A DNA stretch of 24,000 bases from the NCBI GenBank assembly GCA_910588545.1, contig CAJUOU010000001.1:81982-105981 (forward strand), read 5' to 3'. The notes below the pieces were generated by a model. It was not told where the DNA came from and did no database searches. It saw only the letters and a list, made by a program, of their open reading frames with translations. Of this stretch, positions 7,954 through 16,997 are shown piece by piece (positions within the stretch are counted from its first letter, which is position 1; each line of letters opens with the position of its first letter). The position numbers and the translations under genes are program-made. The DNA is from an uncultured Christensenellaceae bacterium. GTDB taxonomy: Bacteria; Bacillota; Clostridia; Christensenellales; UBA3700.

Positions 7954-8055
7954 ATTATAGTAAGCTATTTGGAGTTTAATCGGATTAAATTTAATTACAT
8001 ATTAGTTTAATACAATAAACCAAAAGAAAGGAAAAATTTGCTAAAGAGGTTTGTT

Positions 8056-9534
8056 ATGGAATACGGTTTTGATAATGAGAAATATGTCAAAATGCAAAAA
8101 GAAAATATCTTAAAAAGAATCAGTCAATATGACAAGTTGTACCTTGAATTCGGTGGCAAGTTATTTGACGATTGGCATGCAGCGAGGGTATTGCCCGGTT
8201 TTGATGTAAATGCTAAAGTTAAACTATTGGTTACATTAAAAGATAAAGCCGAAATCATCATTGCAATCAGTGGCGAAGATTTGGCTCGAAATAAGATTAG
8301 GGCAGATTACGGCATAGGCTACGATGCCGACGTAATGCGCTTGATTGACAATATGAGAGAGCTTGGCATTTATATAGGCAGTATTGTTATAACTAAATAT
8401 GAGGGACAGCCATCTGCCGATTTGTTTAAAACAAAAATGGAACGTAGGGGAGAAAAAGTTTATATTCATACAAAAACAAAAGGTTACCCTACGGATATAA
8501 ATACAATTATCAGTGACGAGGGATATGGTAAAAACCCTTATATCGAAACAACAAGACCGTTGGTTGTGGTTACTGCACCCGGTCCCGGCAGCGGAAAGCT
8601 TGCAACTTGTTTGGGACAATTATATCATGAGTATAAAAGGGGAAATCGTGCAGGATATGCTAAGTTTGAAACATTTCCTATTTGGAATTTACCTTTAAAA
8701 CACCCTGTAAATGTTGCGTATGAGGCTGCAACAGCCGATTTAAAGGATGTTAATATGATTGACCACTTCCATTTGGAAAAATACGGTGTCAGCACAGTAA
8801 ACTATAATCGTGATATCGAGGTATTCCCTGTAGTAAGAACTATTTTGGAGAGGATAACAGGACATTGTCCTTACTGCTCGCCGACTGAAATGGGTGTAAA
8901 TATGGCAGGATTTGCAGTTAGTAATGACGAAATCGTTCAAAAGGCTGCAAAACAAGAAGTTATACGCAGATATTACAAAGCTTGTTGCGATTATTTACAA
9001 GGCAATGGGGATATTTCTACAAAGGAAAAAATAGAGCTTTTGATGGGCGATTTAGGGATTACCCCGGATGATAGAAAGGTTGCGGTAATTGCAAGAGAAA
9101 AGTCCAACGATTGCGGAGTACCTGTTGTGGCATTGGAACTGCCAAACGGTAAAATAGTAACAGGTAAAAAATCCAACTTACTTTCGGCATCTTCCGCTGT
9201 ACTGCTAAATGCTATTAAAGAGCTTGCAAACATTAGTGACGATATAAATTTGATTTCCCCACTTACAATCGAACCTATTTTGAAAATGAAAAAGGAGCTT
9301 TTGAAAGAAAAATACGATTTCTTGACATTGGAGGAAATGTTAATTGCATTATCTATCGGTGCGGTAACAAATCCTACAGCTGCAAAAGCAATGTCCAAAG
9401 TTAAAGAGTTGTTTGGATGTGAAGCACACGGCAGTTGTATACTACCTGTTACGGACGAAACTGTTATCAAAAAACTTGGTATTAACATAACAACAGAAGC
9501 AGTTTTTGGAAGTAACAATCTATATAATTTGTAA
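8056..9534 (+). CDS. DUF1846/UPF0371 family protein (conserved, function unknown)
   Basis: The N-terminus GFDNEKYVKMQKENILKRI...LYLEFGGKLFDDWHAARVLPGF and the overall length of about 490 aa match the UPF0371 family as I recall it. ATG 8056 with an AAGAGG RBS is preferred over TTG 8038. Confidence 0.7.
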   Translation: MEYGFDNEKYVKMQKENILKRISQYDKLYLEFGGKLFDDWHAARVLPGFDVNAKVKLLVTLKDKAEIIIAISGEDLARNKIRADYGIGYDADVMRLIDNMRELGIYIGSIVITKYEGQPSADLFKTKMERRGEKVYIHTKTKGYPTDINTIISDEGYGKNPYIETTRPLVVVTAPGPGSGKLATCLGQLYHEYKRGNRAGYAKFETFPIWNLPLKHPVNVAYEAATADLKDVNMIDHFHLEKYGVSTVNYNRDIEVFPVVRTILERITGHCPYCSPTEMGVNMAGFAVSNDEIVQKAAKQEVIRRYYKACCDYLQGNGDISTKEKIELLMGDLGITPDDRKVAVIAREKSNDCGVPVVALELPNGKIVTGKKSNLLSASSAVLLNAIKELANISDDINLISPLTIEPILKMKKELLKEKYDFLTLEEMLIALSIGAVTNPTAAKAMSKVKELFGCEAHGSCILPVTDETVIKKLGINITTEAVFGSNNLYNL

Positions 9535-9698
9535 TAATTTTGATAAAAACTTATCAAAAATCGGTATTAAAATTTATATACTATAAAAAACATTTAATTA
9601 AACAGTAAAAAACTATTTGGTTTGCAGTTTAATTTATTAGATATTAAATATACATAAAAACAGAAAAGATAAAAAATTTAAATGAGGAGAACCTATTG

Positions 9699-10856
9699 AT
9701 GGTAACTGAAGAAATCTTTAAGATTAGTGAAGTAAAAGATGTGGATTTGGCTGTATTGCCTACAGAAGGTGCAAAAGAACTTGCTAAAATGGTGGATAAA
9801 TATTTGGTGCAATGGTATAACGAAGCTGCTGAAAAAAGCAACTTGCCAAAAAAAGATACTTTTTTGATTAACAGTAAATGCCCAAGATTTACTACCGGCG
9901 ACGGAAAAGGAATTATAAATGATTCCGTAAGAGGTAAGGATTTATTTTTCATTTGCGATGTCGGTAATTACAGCATAGAATATACTATGTTCGGCACTCC
10001 TAACAGAATGTCTCCGGATGACCATTATTGCGATTTGAAAAGACTTATTTGCGCAAACGCAGGCAAAGCAAGACGTATGACGGTTATAATGCCTATTTTA
10101 TATGGTGGCAGACAACACAGAAGAAACAGCCGTGAGTCTTTGGACTGTGCACAAATGCTTAAAGAGCTTGAGTCAATGGGAGTAACTGATATAATCACTT
10201 TTGATGCTCATGACCCAAGAGTACAAAATGCAGTGCCGGAAATGGGATTTGACAACTTTTTTGCTACATACCAAATTTTAAAAGCATTGCTAAAGGAATA
10301 TCCTCAAGTTAACTTGGGCAAAAACCATTTTATGATAGTCAGCCCTGACGAGGGTGCAATGGGAAGAAATATCTACTATTCATCCGTGCTTGGCATCAAC
10401 TTGGGTATGTTCTACAAACGTCGCGATTATTCTACTATCGTAAACGGACGTAATCCTATCGTTAGTCACGAGTATATCGGTAACGATGTTAAAGGTATGG
10501 ATATTTTTGTTGCAGACGATATTATTGCAACAGGCGATAGTATGTTGCATCTTTGCAAGGAACTTAAGGAAAGAGGTTGTAAAAACATATTTATTACAGC
10601 AACTTTTGCATTGTTTACCGAAGGAGTGGAAAAGTTTAACAAAGCTTACGAAGAGGGCTTGTTTACAGCGGTATTGTCCACAAATTTGACTTATACCCCT
10701 GAAATTGTTAAAAACTGCAAATGGTTTATAAGTGCAGATATGTCAAAATTTATCGCAAATATCATTGCAACCTGCAATCAAGACAAGTCTGTTTCGACTT
10801 TGCTTGACCCACACGACAAAATCAATGATATGCTTATTAATAGCGGCATAAAATAA
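9699..10856 (+). CDS. prs: Ribose-phosphate diphosphokinase (PRPP synthetase), long approximately 385-aa form
   Basis: It carries a PRPP-synthetase N-terminal domain, the motif RRMTVIMPILYGGRQHRR...ITFDAHD, and a PRPP-binding loop DIFVADDIIATGDSM. A GAGGAG RBS lies upstream, and the start could instead be TTG 9696. Confidence 0.75.
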   Translation: MVTEEIFKISEVKDVDLAVLPTEGAKELAKMVDKYLVQWYNEAAEKSNLPKKDTFLINSKCPRFTTGDGKGIINDSVRGKDLFFICDVGNYSIEYTMFGTPNRMSPDDHYCDLKRLICANAGKARRMTVIMPILYGGRQHRRNSRESLDCAQMLKELESMGVTDIITFDAHDPRVQNAVPEMGFDNFFATYQILKALLKEYPQVNLGKNHFMIVSPDEGAMGRNIYYSSVLGINLGMFYKRRDYSTIVNGRNPIVSHEYIGNDVKGMDIFVADDIIATGDSMLHLCKELKERGCKNIFITATFALFTEGVEKFNKAYEEGLFTAVLSTNLTYTPEIVKNCKWFISADMSKFIANIIATCNQDKSVSTLLDPHDKINDMLINSGIK

Positions 10857-11201
10857 AAATATAGTATAAATATAAAAATATAGAGAGTTTTTGGCTGAAA
10901 TATAAATTTTTAATCTTCAAAACGAAATTTTTATTTCAGCTTAAAAAACTTTACAGCTTTGATTTTAAAAGCTAATTCGTCAAAATAGGCTATAAAAATT
11001 TTGTTTCCGTAAAATAAAATTAAATTATTTTGACAAAAAATATAGCAAAACTTATTTTTTTATTATATAATATCTATAAGAATTAGAATGATATTTTAAA
11101 TTAACAAACATTATTTAATAATAATATTGTATTTATTTAACAAATTTATCAAAGATTATTTAATGTAATGATTATTTAAAATAATTTTAAGGGAGATAAA
11201 A

Positions 11202-11849
11202 ATGAACATTCAATGGCTAGGGCATTCTGCCTTCAGGCTAGTGGAATCAACAGGAACAACAATTATAACCGACCCGTATAAAGGGGAGATGGTTGGCTAC
11301 GATATGCCAAAAGGTATAAATGCAGATATTGTCACTTGCTCACATGAACATGAAGACCATAACTATTTGGCAGCTGTAGATGGTAATCCTACTGTTTTAA
11401 ATCAAGAGGGTGCGTTTGAAATTAACGGCGTTCATATTACAAGTATGGAGTCCTATCACGACCACCATAACGGTAGTCGCAGGGGCGGCAATCTTATTTT
11501 TAAATTCCGTATGGATGGCGTGGATATTTGCCATTTGGGCGATATAGGCGAAGCTTGCAGTATTGATATTTGTTCGCAAATCGGCTCGGTTGATATTTTG
11601 TTAATACCGGTTGGCGGAAATTATACAATAGATGCACAAACAGCAAAGGAATTTGTAGACCTTCTTATGCCGGATGTAGTTATCCCTATGCATTACAGAA
11701 CACGTGATTGCGAGATGGATATTGACAAAGTTGACAGCTTCTTAAAATTATTTGAGGAAGAACAAATAATTTATGCCAATAGTGCTATCGATTTTGATAG
11801 GACGGATTTTGACGGCGAAGACACAAAAATAATTGTTTTTAATAGATAA
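11202..11849 (+). CDS. MBL-fold metal-dependent hydrolase (UPF0173-like)
   Basis: MNIQWLGHSAFRLVESTGTTIITDPY...CSHEHEDHNY...HLGDIG...PMHY gives a beta-lactamase-fold metal-binding pattern, HxHxDH-like (SHEHEDH). A GGGAG RBS is present. Confidence 0.7.
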   Translation: MNIQWLGHSAFRLVESTGTTIITDPYKGEMVGYDMPKGINADIVTCSHEHEDHNYLAAVDGNPTVLNQEGAFEINGVHITSMESYHDHHNGSRRGGNLIFKFRMDGVDICHLGDIGEACSIDICSQIGSVDILLIPVGGNYTIDAQTAKEFVDLLMPDVVIPMHYRTRDCEMDIDKVDSFLKLFEEEQIIYANSAIDFDRTDFDGEDTKIIVFNR

Positions 11850-12057
11850 CATATATTTTAATGTTTTTTTATTATAATTTCTTTTTGTTTTTAAACTATT
11901 AAATTATTTTGAATATAACATTTAATTATTAAAAATTATAAACTTTTTCTGCATATTGATTTTATTAAAAAGTCATTATGCCAAATTTTGTATAATCATT
12001 TTATAAATTAGAATTGCTTACGTGTTTTAACTAATTAATTTATTAAAAGGAGTATTT

Positions 12058-13560
12058 ATGGTAGATTTAACCTATTTAACACTCAGGGATATGTATAGAA
12101 TGCCGATAGGAAAATTACGTGACGTTGCGGCATATTTGGGAGTTGAATCTCCTACCACTTTATCAAAAAGCGAACTTGTAGAAGTAACCTATAAGGCTAA
12201 ATGTGGTGTTGATATAGATAATATTCCTGTAAGGAGAGGTCGTCCGACAAAGCCAGCCAAAGGGGAGTATTCAATCGATTGGGACAATGTTCCCGAGAAA
12301 AATTGGACTTCGGAACAAATTGGCGAAAGTTTAGGAAAATTTTCGAAATTTAATGACAATGTGGCCGGATACGATATACAGGATTCAAATGATAAACGCG
12401 CTGCAAACGACAATTCCGATTTGACTAATATTATCGAACTTGGTTATTTGGAAATTATGGATGATGGCTACGGATTCACACGTTCCACTTATGGAAAAAA
12501 TAACGATGCTTATGTTTCTTCAAGGCTTATTCGTACTGTAGGATTGCGTAAAGGCGATGTTTTGACAGGAACTGCAAGAGCACAATATGAGGGTAAACCT
12601 TATGCTGTTGTAAATGTTTCGAGAATAAACGGAATGCCTGTTGCGGCGCTTACGCAAAGACCGCGTTTTGACGAGCTAACACCCATTTATCCGGACCAAA
12701 TGCTAAGATTGGAGAAAGACAAATCTAAAAATAGCGATATTACTATGCGAATGATAGATTTGATTTGTCCTATCGGTAAAGGGCAAAGGGCACTTATCGT
12801 AGCACCCCCTAAAGCAGGTAAAACTACGATTATCAAAAAAATCGCATCCAATATAATGAATAACAATCCTAACATTATGTTATTTACATTGCTTATCGAC
12901 GAGCGTCCGGAGGAAGTTACCGATATGCAACGTAGCGTTCCTGGAGAGGTTATTTATTCGACTTTCGACGAAACCGCAGAAAATCATATAAAAGTTGCCG
13001 AAATGCTTATCGAACGTGCAAAAAGACAGGTAGAAGTTGGTGCTGATGTAGTGATTATTATGGATAGTTTGACAAGACTTGCCCGAGCATATAACACTGT
13101 TACCGAGTCGAGCGGCAAAACTTTATCTGGTGGTATTGACCCGAAAGCATTGCATTTCCCTAAGAAATTTTTTGGTAGTGCAAGAAAAATCGAGCATGGC
13201 GGAAGTTTGACTATTATAGCAACAGCTTTGGTTGAGACGGGTAGTCGTATGGACGATGTTATTTTTGAAGAGTTTAAGGGTACAGGTAATTTAGAGTTAA
13301 GGCTTGACAGAAAATTATCCGAAAAAAGGATTTTCCCTGCTATAGATTTGGAAAAATCGTCTACAAGACGTGATGATTTGCTACTTACTCAAAAAGAGCT
13401 TGAGGCAAGTATCGCACTTCGTACACTGCTAGCAAATAACGAGCAGGAGGCAACAAAAATATTTATTAATTTATTGTTAAAAACAAAGAACAATAAAGAA
13501 CTTTGCGAACAACTGCTTTTGCAATATCGTGCATCCGAGAAAAATGATTTTCAAATGTAA
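12058..13560 (+). CDS. rho: Transcription termination factor Rho, with an approximately 75-aa N-terminal insertion
   Basis: Motifs present are Walker A (APPKAGKT), LLIDERPEEVTDM, DSLTRLARAYN, GGSLTIIATALVETGSRMDDVIFEEFKGTGN and KRIFPAID. The N-terminal domain is interrupted between about aa 51 and 126 relative to E. coli Rho. Confidence 0.95.
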   Translation: MVDLTYLTLRDMYRMPIGKLRDVAAYLGVESPTTLSKSELVEVTYKAKCGVDIDNIPVRRGRPTKPAKGEYSIDWDNVPEKNWTSEQIGESLGKFSKFNDNVAGYDIQDSNDKRAANDNSDLTNIIELGYLEIMDDGYGFTRSTYGKNNDAYVSSRLIRTVGLRKGDVLTGTARAQYEGKPYAVVNVSRINGMPVAALTQRPRFDELTPIYPDQMLRLEKDKSKNSDITMRMIDLICPIGKGQRALIVAPPKAGKTTIIKKIASNIMNNNPNIMLFTLLIDERPEEVTDMQRSVPGEVIYSTFDETAENHIKVAEMLIERAKRQVEVGADVVIIMDSLTRLARAYNTVTESSGKTLSGGIDPKALHFPKKFFGSARKIEHGGSLTIIATALVETGSRMDDVIFEEFKGTGNLELRLDRKLSEKRIFPAIDLEKSSTRRDDLLLTQKELEASIALRTLLANNEQEATKIFINLLLKTKNNKELCEQLLLQYRASEKNDFQM

Positions 13561-13584
13561 AATTTAAAAAGTTAATTTTATTAA

Positions 13585-13617
13585 ATAACTTCAATGTAAT
13601 ATTGGAGTTATTTTTTA
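13585..13617 (+). terminator. Intrinsic terminator of rho
   Basis: A 10-bp stem, ATAACTTCAA (13585-13594) with TTGGAGTTAT (13602-13611), has one G-U pair and is followed by TTTTTT. Confidence 0.6.
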
Positions 13618-13763
13618 TGATTATTTTATTTTGCACTTAATTTTTAGAATTCTTATTTAGGTTTAAAAATAAAAATCGTTCAATAAGCAGAGTAGTTTGT
13701 TGGTATATATTCATATCTGCATATCAACATACGATTATATAAAAATTTGTAATAACCGTACAA

Positions 13764-13795
13764 AAATCGGGATTAAAATCATTTAATCCCGATTT
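13764..13795. terminator. Perfect 14-bp hairpin, a likely bidirectional terminator between convergent rho and the DUF4363 gene
   Basis: AAATCGGGATTAAA (13764-13777) pairs with TTTAATCCCGATTT (13782-13795) around a 4-nt loop. It has an A-run upstream and a T-rich stretch downstream, and it carries the dispersed CAAAAATCGGGATTAAA motif on both arms. Confidence 0.5.
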
Positions 13796-13878
13796 GTTTA
13801 TATAAATATATCAAAATATAATAATATGCAGATATTTGCAAATGAACATTATTACAAAGTTAGATATAAACTAATTGT

Positions 13879-14259
13879 TTAAAAAATGTTTTTAGGTGCA
13901 AATTTCAAAAGTCCTAATCTGGTTTTTGCATCTTGCTCAAGTGACAAACTTATTGATAGAGCATCTTGATAATTTTCTGCATAAATTGCACCGTGAAGAG
14001 AAGCTAAATTAGTCATAAAGTCTTTTATTTCATTGTGCGGACAGGTAAATTCCAGCACATTTCGCCTTTTATTCCACCACTCGACGCTGTCTTTTGCAAG
14101 TGCCTTGGCAGTTTCGTAGTCATGAACTTCGATATGCTTTCTTATTTCTACACAGCGAACACTTATTTCGTTAAAGGAATTGTGGATGTATACTTCATTT
14201 AGTATTCCAAAGGTTAAAATAAGCACAACTACAACAATAGCTATTATAATTCTATTCAT
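13879..14259 (-). CDS. DUF4363 family protein (single N-terminal TM helix)
   Basis: An N-terminal TM segment (MNRIIIAIVVVVLILTFGIL) is followed by a helical domain with the W-N/K-R motif (VEWWNKRRNVLE). The start overlaps the upstream DUF421 stop by 8 nt with a GGAGGT RBS. The DUF421-DUF4363 pairing is common in Clostridia. Confidence 0.6.
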   Translation of the reverse strand: MNRIIIAIVVVVLILTFGILNEVYIHNSFNEISVRCVEIRKHIEVHDYETAKALAKDSVEWWNKRRNVLEFTCPHNEIKDFMTNLASLHGAIYAENYQDALSISLSLEQDAKTRLGLLKFAPKNIF

Positions 14260-14962
14260 TTACTACCTCCTTAACGCTAGTGTTTATAGCAGGCTTTTTG
14301 ATTGGTTGTAAAAATACATTTTCGTTATTATCTACTGATGCCATAAGCACATTTTTTTGTTTTAAGTCGTATTTTTGCAAAAGTTTATCAATAAAATCAT
14401 TGCGTATGCCTGATAGCTGCATATTTTGAGATAAAATTTTTCCTTCGCAAATAAGCACATAAGGGATGCCTTTCGGGTCTGTCTTTATGCCCATATCGGC
14501 AGGAGTAAGCGGTGCGTTTTCTGCTTTAGGCACAACTGTTAAGTCTCCGTTTGTTTCTACTATTGCATACTGCACCTCGCTAGGGGAAAAGTATCCGCAT
14601 CCTCTGAGCGATTCCAAAAGGTCGTTTACAGTCATATCCAATTTGCTTATTGCATCGTAGTTTATACCATTTGAATCGATTATAATAATTGGTTTACCAT
14701 TTATTACACGTCTGATTTTTATAGAATGTTTAATAATTTTTGTCAATATCAAATGTATGACAAACAGCGTGAAAATCGGTATTAAACCATAAAAAATAGG
14801 CACGGTTGTATCCGACATCGGTATGCAGGCAAGTTCTGCCGCTACCAATGTCACTGCAAATTCGAACGGTTGTAATTCTCCTAATTGCTTTTTGCCCATA
14901 AGTCGCATTGCAAAAAGCAAACAAATATAAATTATTATTGCACGAGTAAATACTATTAACAT
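14252..14962 (-). CDS. DUF421 (YetF/YdfS-like) membrane protein
   Basis: RLMGKKQLGELQPFEFAVTLVAAELA plus a C-terminal soluble domain is typical of YetF-family proteins. The start is ambiguous. ATG 14962 gives a family-typical N-terminus. GTG 15004 (the ORF track start) directly abuts a terminator hairpin. Neither has a good RBS. Confidence 0.7.
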   Translation of the reverse strand: MLIVFTRAIIIYICLLFAMRLMGKKQLGELQPFEFAVTLVAAELACIPMSDTTVPIFYGLIPIFTLFVIHLILTKIIKHSIKIRRVINGKPIIIIDSNGINYDAISKLDMTVNDLLESLRGCGYFSPSEVQYAIVETNGDLTVVPKAENAPLTPADMGIKTDPKGIPYVLICEGKILSQNMQLSGIRNDFIDKLLQKYDLKQKNVLMASVDNNENVFLQPIKKPAINTSVKEVVNE

Positions 14963-15012
14963 ATTTTTAGTATTTGAAAGATTTGCAGTTTTATACGTAT
15001 ACACAAAATTAA

Positions 15013-15040
15013 AAAAGTGCTTTTGAGTAAGAGCACTTTT
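15013..15040 (-). terminator. Intrinsic terminator after the spoVB-like gene
   Basis: The stem is AAAAGTGCT (15013-15021) with AGCACTTTT (15032-15040). On the minus strand it is followed by TTTTTTAATTTT. It lies 44 nt downstream of the stop at 15084. Confidence 0.6.
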
Positions 15041-15083
15041 TTGTTGTTCATTTTTTAATTTGATATAATTAAAGATAATTTGT

Positions 15084-16577
15084 TTATTTATTTTCGCTAG
15101 TTATTTTATTTTTCTTCTTGTAATACAAAAAAGTAGGCAATGCAAATGTAGCGGAAAGCAATGTGGATATTATCGAAGTAATGCTTATCCTTGCGAATAT
15201 GCTTAGATTGCTGTAACTTAAGGAAATTAATTTTGACAAAAATCCTACGCCGATAGACAGCCCGAAAGTAGTAAAGCAAACAATCAAGTATTTAAGTGAA
15301 ACCGCAGTACATTTTTTTAGTTTTATTGTATTGATAATCAAGCCGATAGTGTGATATACGAGAAGAGCTGCGGGATATGCGTAAATGCCGATAGGTTTTG
15401 CAAATAAAACCAGCGTTATAATCAAACCGACCGAAGATACTATGCTTGCCCAAAAAGTTGTTTTTTCATTGCCCAATGTGTTTAGCAGTGAAACAGTTAG
15501 TTGATTTATTACAAGCGGGATAATAATCATGGCTGTTATTACAAGCATTTTTCCGGCTTTTTCGTCGCGGTAAAACAAGACCGAAATATCTTCTCCCGCA
15601 CCTATAAATATTGACATTAAAAATGCGGAAATTATTGCTGTAAATACCATTGAGTAACCTATTTTGCCGTTTGCTGCACTTTTACCTTGTTTTGCTACTT
15701 GGCTTGAAATTTCAGGTATCATTATAACAAGTAACGAGCCGATTATAGTATTCGGTGCAAGCGCGATTGGCAAAACCATACTGCTCATTCTGCCGTAATC
15801 GGCAGTTGCCATATCCATGGAGATTCCGCTGTGTACCAATAAGCTAGGTAACATAAGCGCGATTACCGAACTCATAAGCGAGCCGATTATTCTAGTAGTT
15901 GTTATAGGCAGTGACGAAGTTGTAATTTCGGCAGCGTAGTTAGGTCTTTTCATTTTTCCGCCAAAAGCTATAAACATTATTACTATAATAATCATGCAAA
16001 ATACATCGCCTAGCACATTTGCCAATGCAAAAGCGTTGTATGGCTCGCTTACATAAAATTTAGTTAGCCAAACTATAAGCACTCCGACAAGCAAAAAGGC
16101 CTCGTCAGCAAACTCCAAAAGCGAATATGTAGTGTACTTTTTCTTTCCCCAAAACCATGCTCTGAAAGTAGCGTAAATGGCTGTGGAAATAAGTGTCGGC
16201 GATAGTATGCGAAAAACTTCACGACATTTGGGATTTGAAAACAGCAAGTTTAACGACGACGGAAATACATTGAAAAACAAACATATCAAAGTAGATATTC
16301 CCGCTGTAATAAGCAATGTTGAGGCAAGTATACTATTTGAATGGTCAAAGTCCCCAAGTGCATCGTAATGTGCTATTTTTCGTGATAGTGTAACAGGAAA
16401 ACCGCTTGCCGCGAAACATGCAAACATTACAAAAACCGAACTCGCTATGGAATAAATACCAATATTCAATGCTCCGAATATTCGTGACAAATATATATGG
16501 AAAATAAAAGAAACGAGCCTTGTAATTATACTTATAGAAGTAACTTTAAAAAAAGATTTTACGAAGTTATTAGCCAT
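15084..16577 (-). CDS. spoVB: MOP-superfamily polysaccharide/lipid II flippase, SpoVB-like
   Basis: It is a multi-TM protein (about 14 helices) of about 497 aa. The N-terminus FVKSFFKVTSISIITRLVSFIFHIYLSRIFGALNIGIY is typical of SpoVB/MurJ/Wzx family members. ATG 16577 has an AAAGGAG RBS. The spoVB assignment rather than a generic flippase is inferred from the sporulation context. Confidence 0.6.
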   Translation of the reverse strand: MANNFVKSFFKVTSISIITRLVSFIFHIYLSRIFGALNIGIYSIASSVFVMFACFAASGFPVTLSRKIAHYDALGDFDHSNSILASTLLITAGISTLICLFFNVFPSSLNLLFSNPKCREVFRILSPTLISTAIYATFRAWFWGKKKYTTYSLLEFADEAFLLVGVLIVWLTKFYVSEPYNAFALANVLGDVFCMIIIVIMFIAFGGKMKRPNYAAEITTSSLPITTTRIIGSLMSSVIALMLPSLLVHSGISMDMATADYGRMSSMVLPIALAPNTIIGSLLVIMIPEISSQVAKQGKSAANGKIGYSMVFTAIISAFLMSIFIGAGEDISVLFYRDEKAGKMLVITAMIIIPLVINQLTVSLLNTLGNEKTTFWASIVSSVGLIITLVLFAKPIGIYAYPAALLVYHTIGLIINTIKLKKCTAVSLKYLIVCFTTFGLSIGVGFLSKLISLSYSNLSIFARISITSIISTLLSATFALPTFLYYKKKNKITSENK

Positions 16578-16666
16578 ATTGCTCCTTTTGTCGTTTAATT
16601 TCTTTATCCTTATATCATATTGCATAAAAACTAAAAATAGAATAGAAAGGAAAGGAGAGTGTGCTT

Positions 16667-16960
16667 ATGTTATACATTTACAAAGTAAAAAAAGACGAGA
16701 GTTTGCAGGATGTTTGTATAAAATATTCGGTGTTTAAAGACGATTTGTTGAGTTTAAATAATATTACGGAAGAAAATGTTCGCGAAGGACTCTTATTGGT
16801 AATCGACATACCGGACGGCAAAAGATATGTAGTAAAACCTTTTGATACAATTACAAAAATTGCAAATAAATTTAACATTTCCGAAAAAGAGATATTGGAT
16901 TTCAATAATATTTCTCAAATATTTTTGGGACAAATACTGTATATCCCGATATCAAAATAA
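16667..16960 (+). CDS. Small protein with two LysM peptidoglycan-binding domains
   Basis: There are two LysM repeats: YKVKKDESLQDVCIKYSVFKDDLLSLNNI... and YVVKPFDTITKIANKFNISEKEILDFNNI...GQILYIP. ATG 16667 has an AGGAGA RBS. Confidence 0.75.
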   Translation: MLYIYKVKKDESLQDVCIKYSVFKDDLLSLNNITEENVREGLLLVIDIPDGKRYVVKPFDTITKIANKFNISEKEILDFNNISQIFLGQILYIPISK

Positions 16961-16997
16961 AAAGTGCATTTAAATTTTGCCATTTACCTAAAAATTA

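Noticed and set aside
8566-8604. Glycine-rich loop TAPGPGSGKLAT in the DUF1846 protein, considered as a Walker A/P-loop NTPase motif.
   Set aside because: The spacing is GxxxGK followed by L rather than GxxxxGK[ST], so it is not a canonical P-loop. No functional claim is made.
8991-9557. 188-aa minus-strand ORF antisense to the 3' third of the DUF1846 gene. Similar antisense or out-of-frame ORFs occur at 430-681, 829-1197, 1713-1898, 2163-2366, 3308-3962, 4629-5663, 7303-7624, 8236-8955, 9644-9952, 12189-12875, 14466-14924, 16177-16368, 16678-17330, 17642-18161, 18541-19128, 19276-20221, 20653-20859, 21330-22277, 22869-23063 and 23269-23586.
   Set aside because: All lie wholly within, or largely overlap, well-supported genes on the other strand or in another frame. 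Their translations are low-complexity (L/S/I/F-rich), and they lack RBS-like sequences. They are the shadow ORFs expected in AT-rich coding DNA.
10894-10940. Long AT-rich stem-loop (about 16 bp with one mismatch, 13-nt loop) 38 nt after the prs stop, considered as the prs terminator.
   Set aside because: No U-tract follows on either strand (TTAAAAAAC downstream). It therefore does not meet intrinsic-terminator criteria. It may still be a stabilising 3' structure, but I cannot support a specific call.
16615-16643. Sigma-E-like element upstream of the LysM gene (TCATATT, 14 nt, AATAGAAT).
   Set aside because: The -35 is a good match, but the -10 lacks the highly conserved C of CATA. I cannot distinguish it from chance in AT-rich DNA.
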